From: Alphaproteobacteria bacterium
GTDB lineage: Bacteria; Pseudomonadota; Alphaproteobacteria; UBA828
Direction of reading: 5' to 3'
Length of the DNA: 64,000 bases
Assembly (NCBI GenBank): GCA_963667785.2
Contig: CAXXMU010000006.1
Location: 288,001-352,000, forward strand
Part shown: in pieces, positions 57,221 to 64,000 of the stretch
How the letters are laid out: each line of letters opens with the position of its first letter
How positions within the stretch are numbered: the first letter of the stretch is position 1
The notes under the pieces: model-generated
Database searches by the model: none
What the model saw: the letters and a program-made list of their open reading frames with translations, nothing else
Told to the model about the DNA's origin: nothing
Program-made: the position numbers and the translations under genes

Positions 57221-57571
57221 CTAGAAAGAGAGGCCGCCTTCGCGGGCCGCCTCGGCAAGCGCGCGCACGCGCCCGTGATACTGATATCCCCCGCGGTCGA
57301 AGACCACTTCCTTGTGACCGGCGGCCAGCGCACGCTCGGCGATCAAGGCGCCGACGCGGCCTGCGGCCGCGCGGTCCGCTCCGCTCTGGCTGCGCAGCGC
57401 GCCTTCCACCGTCGAGGCCGCGGCGACCGTCCTGCCCGCTCTATCGTCGATCACTTGGGCGTAAATGTGGCGGTTGGAGCGGAAGACCGAAAGCCGGGGC
57501 CTGCCGCCCGCGGCGGTGCGCAGCTTGAACCGCACCCGCTGCTTCCGCTTATCGAAGTCGCTCTTGCTCAT
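57221..57571 (-). CDS. rplR: 50S ribosomal protein L18
   Basis: [28 protein letters not shown]; ATG at 57571. Confidence 0.96.
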   Translation of the reverse strand: MSKSDFDKRKQRVRFKLRTAAGGRPRLSVFRSNRHIYAQVIDDRAGRTVAAASTVEGALRSQSGADRAAAGRVGALIAERALAAGHKEVVFDRGGYQYHGRVRALAEAAREGGLSF

Positions 57572-57573
57572 GG

Positions 57574-58107
57574 CTACTTCTTCTTGCCCTCCTTGCGCCG
57601 GACGTACTCGCCGACATAGCGGATGCCCTTGCCCTTGTAGGGTTCCGGCTTGCGGAAGGCGCGGATCTCGGCGGCCACCTGGCCGACCGCCTGGCGGTCG
57701 GCGCCGGCGACCCTGATCGCCGTCGGCCGCTCGCAGGTGATCTCGATGCCGTCGGGGATCGGAAACTCGATCCTGTGGCTGTAGCCGAGATCGAGCGTGA
57801 GCGTGCGGCCCGCGACCTGGGCCCGGTAGCCGACACCCTCGATCTGCAGGTCCTTGTGGAAACCCTGGCTGACGCCCACCACCATGTTGTTGATGACGCT
57901 CCGGGCGAGCCCCCACATCTGGCGCGCGCGCTTGCCCTCGCCATGCGGCGTGACCACGACCTTGCCGTCGTCGAGCGCCGCGCTCACCTCCGGCGCGATG
58001 CGCCCGTCGAGGCGGCCGAGCTTGCCCGCCACGGAGACCAAGGCGCCGTCGATCGTCACCTCGACGCCGTCGGGGATCGGAACCGGATTCTTGCCGACGC
58101 GGGACAT
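57574..58107 (-). CDS. rplF: 50S ribosomal protein L6
   Basis: [20 protein letters not shown]. Confidence 0.97.
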   Translation of the reverse strand: MSRVGKNPVPIPDGVEVTIDGALVSVAGKLGRLDGRIAPEVSAALDDGKVVVTPHGEGKRARQMWGLARSVINNMVVGVSQGFHKDLQIEGVGYRAQVAGRTLTLDLGYSHRIEFPIPDGIEITCERPTAIRVAGADRQAVGQVAAEIRAFRKPEPYKGKGIRYVGEYVRRKEGKKK

Positions 58108-58108
58108 C

Positions 58109-58504
58109 TCAGAAGACCCGGCAGAGCACTTCGCCGCCCACATTCTGCTGGCGCGCCTCGTTGTCGGAGAGCACGCCGCGCGGCGTGGAGAGAATGGAGA
58201 TACCGAGCCCGCCATAGTAGCGGGGCAGGTCCTTGATGCCTGAATAGACCCGCCTGCCCGGCTTCGACACCCGCTGCAGCTCGGCGATCACCGGGCGACC
58301 CTCGTGGTACTTCAGCTCGATCGAGAACGCCGGCTTGCCGCCGTCCGTCTCCGCCGGCTCGTAGCCGCGGATGTAGCCCTCGCGCTTCAGCACGTCGAGC
58401 ACGGCGCCGCGCAGCCTGGACGCCGGCGACAGGACGGCGGACTTGCGCGCCTGCTGCCCGTTCCGGATCCGGGTCAGCATGTCCGCGAGCGGATCGGTCA
58501 TCAT
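58109..58504 (-). CDS. rpsH: 30S ribosomal protein S8
   Basis: [20 protein letters not shown]. Confidence 0.97.
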   Translation of the reverse strand: MMTDPLADMLTRIRNGQQARKSAVLSPASRLRGAVLDVLKREGYIRGYEPAETDGGKPAFSIELKYHEGRPVIAELQRVSKPGRRVYSGIKDLPRYYGGLGISILSTPRGVLSDNEARQQNVGGEVLCRVF

Positions 58505-58514
58505 GGCTTCGGCC

Positions 58515-58820
58515 TCACCAGCTCGACTTGACCATGCCGGGCACCTGGCCCGCCGAGGCGAGCTCGCGGAGCGCGATGCGCGACAGGCCGAACTTGCGAT
58601 AGGTGCCGCGCGGCCGGCCGGTCAGCCCGCAGCGGTTCCGCACCCGCACCTGAGCCCCGTTGCGCGGCAGTTGCGCGAGCTTGAGTTGCGCCGCGAAGCG
58701 TTCCTCCGCCGGGCGCGAGCGGTCGCGCACGATGGCGCGCAGGCTGGCGCGCTTGGCGGCATCCCGCTTGGCGAGGCGGCGGCGCCTGTTGTTCTTCTCG
58801 ATGGTGCTCTTCTTTGCCAT
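58515..58820 (-). CDS. rpsN: 30S ribosomal protein S14 (long, Zn-independent type)
   Basis: [20 protein letters not shown]. Confidence 0.97.
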   Translation of the reverse strand: MAKKSTIEKNNRRRRLAKRDAAKRASLRAIVRDRSRPAEERFAAQLKLAQLPRNGAQVRVRNRCGLTGRPRGTYRKFGLSRIALRELASAGQVPGMVKSSW

Positions 58821-58843
58821 CTCCGTGCCCGGCTCCTCCGCGC

Positions 58844-59404
58844 CTAGTGGCCTGTGAACGGCATTCCGAAGCCGGCGAGCAGAGACCGGCCCTCGTCGTC
58901 GTTCCTCGCCGTCGTGCAGATGACGACATTCATCCCGCGCACCTGATCCACCTTGTCGTAGTCGATCTCGGGAAAGACGATCTGCTCCTTGAGGCCCAGC
59001 GCATAGTTGCCCCGGCCGTCGAACGCGCGTCCCGAAAGCCCGCGGAAATCGCGCACCCTGGGGAGCGCGATGGTGACCAGCCGGTCAAGGAACTCGTACA
59101 TCCTCTCCCGCCTGAGCGTCGCCTTGCAGCCGACCAGCATGCCGGTGCGCACCTTGAACGCGGCGACCGACTTGCGCGCCCGGGTGATGATCGGCTTCTG
59201 ACCGGCGATCAGCGTCATGTCCTGGACCGCCGCCTCGATCTTCTTGTTGTCGGCCGCGCCTTCGCCCACGCCCATGTTGAGCACGATCTTCTCGAGCCTC
59301 GGCGCCTGCATCGCGTTGACGTAGCCGAACCGCTCCATGAGCTGAGGCCTGACCTCGCTTTCGTAGAGCGCCTTGAGCCGGCTCGCGCCGTTGGCTTCAG
59401 ACAT
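58844..59404 (-). CDS. rplE: 50S ribosomal protein L5
   Basis: [18 protein letters not shown]. Confidence 0.97.
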   Translation of the reverse strand: MSEANGASRLKALYESEVRPQLMERFGYVNAMQAPRLEKIVLNMGVGEGAADNKKIEAAVQDMTLIAGQKPIITRARKSVAAFKVRTGMLVGCKATLRRERMYEFLDRLVTIALPRVRDFRGLSGRAFDGRGNYALGLKEQIVFPEIDYDKVDQVRGMNVVICTTARNDDEGRSLLAGFGMPFTGH

Positions 59405-59720
59405 CGATCACTTCTCCGGAGCGGGCCGCGGCACGCACCTTGCGCCCGTCCTCGAGGGTCTTGTAGCGGACCCGGGTGGGGCGATCGCTCGCCGGATCGA
59501 TCAGGGCGACGTTGGAGATATGGATCGGCGCCTCGCGCTCGACAATGCCGCCCTGAGGGTCGCCCTGGCTGGGCTTGACGTGGCGCTTGGTCACGTTGAC
59601 GCCCTCAACCAGCACCCGGTCGGTCTTGGTGACGACCCTGAGCACGGCGCCGCGCTTTCCCTTGTCGCGGCCCGTGAGGACGATCACCTCGTCATCCTTG
59701 CGAATTTTTCTCTTGCGCAT
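59397..59720 (-). CDS. rplX: 50S ribosomal protein L24
   Basis: [17 protein letters not shown]. Confidence 0.97.
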   Translation of the reverse strand: MRKRKIRKDDEVIVLTGRDKGKRGAVLRVVTKTDRVLVEGVNVTKRHVKPSQGDPQGGIVEREAPIHISNVALIDPASDRPTRVRYKTLEDGRKVRAAARSGEVIDV

Positions 59721-59726
59721 GGCCGC

Positions 59727-60095
59727 TCACAACACTTCGGGCGCGAGTGAGATGATCTTCATGTACTGGCGGGCGCGGAGCTCGCGGGTCACCGGCCCGA
59801 AGATGCGGGTGCCGATCGGCTCGCCCTGCGCCGTGATGAGCACCGCCGCGTTGCTGTCGAAGCGGATGGCGCTCCCGTCCGGGCGCCGGATCTCCTTGGC
59901 GGTTCGCACGATGACGGCGCGGTGAAGCTCGCCCTTGCGCACCTTGCCGCGCGGGATCGCCTCCTTGACGGTGACCACGATCGTGTCGCCGACCGAGGCG
60001 GTCTTGCGCTTCGACCCGCCGAGCACCTTGACGCACTGCACGCGCCGGGCGCCGGAGTTGTCGGCGACATCCAGATTCGTCTGCATCTGAATCAT
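59727..60095 (-). CDS. rplN: 50S ribosomal protein L14
   Basis: [22 protein letters not shown]. Confidence 0.98.
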   Translation of the reverse strand: MIQMQTNLDVADNSGARRVQCVKVLGGSKRKTASVGDTIVVTVKEAIPRGKVRKGELHRAVIVRTAKEIRRPDGSAIRFDSNAAVLITAQGEPIGTRIFGPVTRELRARQYMKIISLAPEVL

Positions 60096-60128
60096 GGCAC
60101 CCGCTCCTTCCGCTCAGCGCCGGAACGC

Positions 60129-60377
60129 TCAGCCCTGCGCCGCGCCGGCATCGTCGAGGACGATCCAGCGCTTGCGCTTGGAGATCGGCGCGCATTCGCG
60201 AATCTGCACGATGTCGCCCACCTTGCACCTGTTGCCGTCGTCGTGCGCGGCGTAGCGCTTGGAACGGCGCACGACCTTCTTGTAGAGCGGGTGCATGACG
60301 CGGCGATCGACGCGGACGATGACGGTCTTGTCCGCCTTGTCGCCGACCACGGTGCCCCGCATTACACGGCGCGGCAT
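60129..60377 (-). CDS. rpsQ: 30S ribosomal protein S17
   Basis: [14 protein letters not shown]. Confidence 0.97.
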   Translation of the reverse strand: MPRRVMRGTVVGDKADKTVIVRVDRRVMHPLYKKVVRRSKRYAAHDDGNRCKVGDIVQIRECAPISKRKRWIVLDDAGAAQG

Positions 60378-60402
60378 GCCGAGCCTCCTTCAGCCATCGT
60401 CC

Positions 60403-60624
60403 TCACCCGTCGCTCCCAGCCGCCGCGCCCTGCGCATGCCTGCGCTCGGCGACGACCGTCTTGATGCGGGCCACGTCGCGCCTGACGGCACGCATGCGCG
60501 CGGTATTCTCGAGCTGCCCCGACGCCCGCTGGAAGCGCAGGTTGAACGCCTCCTTCTTCAGGTCGAGCAGCATCGTCCTGAGCTCGTCGTCGGTCTTGAG
60601 GCGAATCTCCACGCCGTTCATCAC
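60403..60624 (-). CDS. rpmC: 50S ribosomal protein L29
   Basis: [23 protein letters not shown]. Confidence 0.95.
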   Translation of the reverse strand: MMNGVEIRLKTDDELRTMLLDLKKEAFNLRFQRASGQLENTARMRAVRRDVARIKTVVAERRHAQGAAAGSDG

Positions 60625-61043
60625 GACGCCCCCTCGCCGAGGCGCGCGATCACCTTGGTCCGCACCCTGAACTTCGCCGACGCCCGCCGGAACGCCTCCT
60701 CGGCGACGCTGCGGGGCACGCCGTCGACCTCGAACATGATGCGGCCCGGCTTCACCTTCGCCACCCAGTATTCCGGCGTGCCCTTGCCCTTGCCCATGCG
60801 CACCTCGGCGGGCTTGGTGGAGACGGGCACGTCGGGGAACACGCGGATCCAGATCTTGCCGGTGCGCTTCATGTGGCGCGTGATGGTGCGCCGGCCGGCC
60901 TCGATCTCGCGCGCGGTGATGCGGCCGGGCGAAATCGCCTTGAGCCCGTAGGCGCCGAAATTGAGCTGCGTGCCGCCCTTGGCATTGCCATGGATGCGGC
61001 CCTTGTGGGCCTTGCGGTACTTGGTCGATTTCGGCTGCTGCAT
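60621..61043 (-). CDS. rplP: 50S ribosomal protein L16
   Basis: [15 protein letters not shown]; ATG at 61043. Confidence 0.97.
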   Translation of the reverse strand: MQQPKSTKYRKAHKGRIHGNAKGGTQLNFGAYGLKAISPGRITAREIEAGRRTITRHMKRTGKIWIRVFPDVPVSTKPAEVRMGKGKGTPEYWVAKVKPGRIMFEVDGVPRSVAEEAFRRASAKFRVRTKVIARLGEGAS

Positions 61044-61062
61044 GATCCGGTCCTGGCGGGGC

Positions 61063-61740
61063 CTAGCGGGGCGTGGCCTGCTCCATGGCGCGCTTGTCCT
61101 GCGCCATGGGGTCGTGCGCCATGATCTCGCCCTTGAACACCCAGACCTTGACGCCGCAGGTGCCGTAGGCGGTGCGCGCCGTGGCGAGGCCGAAGTCGAC
61201 GTCGGCCCTGAGGGTGTGGAGCGGCACCCGGCCCTCGCGATACCACTCGGTCCGCGCGATCTCCGCACCGCCGAGCCGGCCGCCGCAGTTGATGCGGATG
61301 CCCTGCGCGCCGAGCCTGATCGCCGACTGCACGGCCCGCTTCATGGCGCGGCGGAACGCCACCCGGCGCACCAGCTGCTGGGCGATATTCTCGGCCACCA
61401 GCTTGGCCTCGATCTCGGGCTTGCGGATCTCGACGATGTTCAGATGGACGTCGCTGCCTGTCATCCCGGTGATGTCGGTGCGTAGCCGCTCGATGTCCGC
61501 GCCCTTCTTGCCGATCACCACGCCGGGCCGGGCGGTATGGATCGTGATGCGCGCCTTCTTGGCGGGCCGCTCGATGACGATGCGTCCGATCCCCGCCTGG
61601 CTCAGCCGCTTGAAGAGGAAGCCGCGAATCTGCAGATCCTCGTGCAGCAGCTGGGCATAGTCGTCATCGGCATACCAGCGCGAATCCCAGGTGCGGTTGA
61701 TGCCGAGGCGCAGCCCGACGGGATTGACCTTCTGGCCCAT
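61063..61740 (-). CDS. rpsC: 30S ribosomal protein S3
   Basis: [24 protein letters not shown]. Confidence 0.97.
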   Translation of the reverse strand: MGQKVNPVGLRLGINRTWDSRWYADDDYAQLLHEDLQIRGFLFKRLSQAGIGRIVIERPAKKARITIHTARPGVVIGKKGADIERLRTDITGMTGSDVHLNIVEIRKPEIEAKLVAENIAQQLVRRVAFRRAMKRAVQSAIRLGAQGIRINCGGRLGGAEIARTEWYREGRVPLHTLRADVDFGLATARTAYGTCGVKVWVFKGEIMAHDPMAQDKRAMEQATPR

Positions 61741-62120
61741 CAGGCCCCCTTCGCGCGTTCGCGCACGACGATGGTGAGATGACTGAACGGCTTCATCACG
61801 CGCCCGACCCGCCCGCGCGCGCGCGGACGCCAGCGCTTCATCACGAGACCCTTGCCGACCGTCGCCTCGGCGACGACCAGGCGGTCCACGTCCAGCTCGT
61901 GGTTGTTCTCGGCGTTGGCGATCGCCGACTGCAGGCACTTGCGCACGTCGCCGGCGATGCGGCGGCGCGAATGGGCCAGCGTGATCAGCGCCTCGTCCAC
62001 CTTGCGGCCGCGAATGGTGGCGGCGACCAGGCCGAGCTTCTGCGGGCTGATCCGCAGGTTCCGGACCATGGCCTGGGCCTCGGCCTCGCCGAGCCGCCGG
62101 GGACGCGATTCCTTGCCCAT
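61740..62120 (-). CDS. rplV: 50S ribosomal protein L22
   Basis: [21 protein letters not shown]. Confidence 0.97.
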   Translation of the reverse strand: MGKESRPRRLGEAEAQAMVRNLRISPQKLGLVAATIRGRKVDEALITLAHSRRRIAGDVRKCLQSAIANAENNHELDVDRLVVAEATVGKGLVMKRWRPRARGRVGRVMKPFSHLTIVVRERAKGA

Positions 62121-62122
62121 GC

Positions 62123-62401
62123 TCAGCCCCGCCGCGCCCTCTTGTCGCCGGCATGGCCGTGGAACACGCGCGTCGGCGAGAACTCGCCGAACTTGTGGCC
62201 GACCATGTTCTCGTTGACCAGCACGGGCAGGAACTTCCGCCCGTTGTAGACCCCGAAGGTGAGGCCGACGAACTGCGGCAGGATCGTCGAGCGCCGGGAC
62301 CAGGTGCGGATGATGTCCTTGCGGCCGCTCGCCCGCGCCTCCTCGGCCTTCTTCAGCAGATAGCCGTCGACGAAGGGGCCCTTCCACACGGAACGTGCCA
62401 T
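62123..62401 (-). CDS. rpsS: 30S ribosomal protein S19
   Basis: [21 protein letters not shown]. Confidence 0.97.
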   Translation of the reverse strand: MARSVWKGPFVDGYLLKKAEEARASGRKDIIRTWSRRSTILPQFVGLTFGVYNGRKFLPVLVNENMVGHKFGEFSPTRVFHGHAGDKRARRG

Positions 62402-62417
62402 CGACTGTCCCCCTGCC

Positions 62418-63245
62418 CTACTTCTTGCCCCGGCGCCGCATGATGAAGCGGTCGGTTCTCTTGTTGCGCCGGGTGCGTTTGCCCTTGGTCGGCACGCCCC
62501 AGGGTGTGACCGGATGCCGCCCACCCGAGGACTTCCCCTCGCCGCCGCCGTGGGGATGGTCGACCGGGTTCATGGCGACGCCGCGCACCGACGGCCTGCG
62601 GCCCTTCCAGCGCATGCGGCCGGCCTTGCCCTGGTTGGTGTTCTGGTTGTCCGGATTCGAGACCGCGCCGATGGTGGCCATGCAGCGCGCGTGGACCATC
62701 CGCTGCTCGCCGGAAGGGAGCCTGAGCAGGGCGTAGCCCTGGTCCTTGCCGACGAGCTGCACGTAGTTGCCGGCCGAGCGCGCGATCTGGCCGCCCTTCC
62801 CCGGCTTCATCTCGATGTTGTGGATGATTGTGCCGACGGGGATGTTGCTCATCGGCATCGCGTTGCCGGGCCTGATGTCGCAGCGGTCGCCGGAGACCAC
62901 CTTGTCGCCGGGCGAGACCCGCTGCGGCGCCAGGATGTAGGCCTGCTCGCCGTCCTCGTAGCGGATCAGCGCGATGAAGGCGGAGCGGTTGGGGTCGTAC
63001 TCCAGACGCTCCACCGTCGCCGGCACGCCGAACTTGCGCCGTTTGAAGTCGATCTTGCGGTAGCGGCGCTTATGCCCGCCGCCGCGATGGCGCATGGTGA
63101 TGCGGCCGTCGCTGTTGCGCCCGCCCTTCTGGCTGAGACCCTCGGTCAGCGCCTTGACCGGCTTGCCCTTCCACAGGTCGGCGCGGTCCACCAGGATGAG
63201 CTGGCGGCGCCCCGGCGTGGTCGGCTTGTAGTGCTTGAGTGCCAT
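62418..63245 (-). CDS. rplB: 50S ribosomal protein L2
   Basis: [21 protein letters not shown]. Confidence 0.98.
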   Translation of the reverse strand: MALKHYKPTTPGRRQLILVDRADLWKGKPVKALTEGLSQKGGRNSDGRITMRHRGGGHKRRYRKIDFKRRKFGVPATVERLEYDPNRSAFIALIRYEDGEQAYILAPQRVSPGDKVVSGDRCDIRPGNAMPMSNIPVGTIIHNIEMKPGKGGQIARSAGNYVQLVGKDQGYALLRLPSGEQRMVHARCMATIGAVSNPDNQNTNQGKAGRMRWKGRRPSVRGVAMNPVDHPHGGGEGKSSGGRHPVTPWGVPTKGKRTRRNKRTDRFIMRRRGKK

Positions 63246-63249
63246 CGCC

Positions 63250-63555
63250 CTAGAGCCCGGTCATCACGTCGATCGAATCGCCTTCGCCCAGCGAGACCGT
63301 CGCCTTCTTCCAATCCGAACGCCTGCCCAGCCGTCCGGCCCGGCCGCGCTTCACCTTGCCCTTGACCATGAGGGTGTTGACCTTCGTCACCTTCACCTCG
63401 AACAGACCCTCGACGGCCTCCTTGATCTCCGGCTTGCTGGCGTCGGTGCGCACCTTGAAGGTGACCTGGTTGTACTCGCTGCCCTGGGTCGACTTCTCGG
63501 TCACCACCGGACCGAGGATCACGTCGTACCAGCGCTCCTTCGGCTCGGCGCTCAT
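63250..63555 (-). CDS. rplW: 50S ribosomal protein L23
   Basis: [20 protein letters not shown]. Confidence 0.96.
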   Translation of the reverse strand: MSAEPKERWYDVILGPVVTEKSTQGSEYNQVTFKVRTDASKPEIKEAVEGLFEVKVTKVNTLMVKGKVKRGRAGRLGRRSDWKKATVSLGEGDSIDVMTGL

Positions 63556-64000
63556 GTCAGCCGCGCCTCCAGCGTCTCCACCGCCTTGCGGGTCAGCACC
63601 AGCCGATCCCGGCGGAGGATGTCGTAGACGTTGGCGCCCTGCTGCGGCAGCACCTGGACCTCGGTGAGGTTGCGCGCCGCAAGCGCGAAATCGGCGTCGA
63701 CCTCGTCGCCGTCGATCACCAGCGCCGACGACCAGCCGAGGCCCGCCAGCCGCTCGGCGAGCACCCGGGTCTTGGCCGAGCCGAGCGCGAGGGACTCCAC
63801 GACGGAGAGCTTGCCGTCCGCCTGCTTGGCCGACAGCGCGGACTTCAACGCGAGCCTGCGGACCTTCTTGGGCAGCTTGTGCGCGTGGTCGCGCAGCACG
63901 GGGCCGAAGATCGCCACGCCGCCCCGATGATGCGGCGCCCGCCGCGTGCCGGCCCGGGCGCGGCCCGTTCCCTTCTGCTTGAAGGGCTTGCGGGTCGAGC
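63552..64000 (-). CDS. rplD: 50S ribosomal protein L4, 5' end outside the window
   Basis: [31 protein letters not shown]. Confidence 0.95.
   Translation of the reverse strand, partial: STRKPFKQKGTGRARAGTRRAPHHRGGVAIFGPVLRDHAHKLPKKVRRLALKSALSAKQADGKLSVVESLALGSAKTRVLAERLAGLGWSSALVIDGDEVDADFALAARNLTEVQVLPQQGANVYDILRRDRLVLTRKAVETLEARLT

Overview
High-GC alphaproteobacterial chromosome; the ribosomal proteins and SecY are alphaproteobacterial in type, and the gene content suggests a marine-sponge symbiont (inference). The window has four zones. (1) 1-22.6 kb: a regulator-less uptake and catabolism region with a TRAP transporter, two divergently transcribed peptide/opine-type ABC importers, an LLM oxidoreductase, a cysteine hydrolase, an amidohydrolase, an acyl-CoA ligase, a tandem alpha/beta hydrolase, an FAD oxidase and an AhpD-like protein. 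(2) 23-27.6 kb: nitroreductase, an ArsR-SRPBCC-haloalkane dehalogenase-like operon and a sterol C24-methyltransferase homolog beside an integrase remnant at tRNA-Asn. Between the two tRNAs lie an M24 hydrolase and a long UxaA-like dehydratase. (3) 32-52.2 kb, downstream of tRNA-Lys: a ~20 kb proteusin (NHLP) RiPP cluster with precursor core LCCCW, a YcaO cyclodehydratase, a Trp halogenase and NHLP exporters. From my recollection of the literature this matches the sponge-microbiome srp cluster. It also carries enzymes I cannot link to a characterised role: an AlkB-GlnE-like fusion, an NHLP-leader-fused terpene-cyclase-like protein, a putative prenyltransferase and an MMPL/LolA-like/beta-barrel export triad. 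Together these suggest a brominated, thiazoline-containing, (cyclo)terpenylated peptide. (4) 52.2-64 kb: PEP mutase-like and class II aldolase genes, then adk-secY and the spc/S10 ribosomal protein operon. All calls come from reading motifs by eye; no searches were run.
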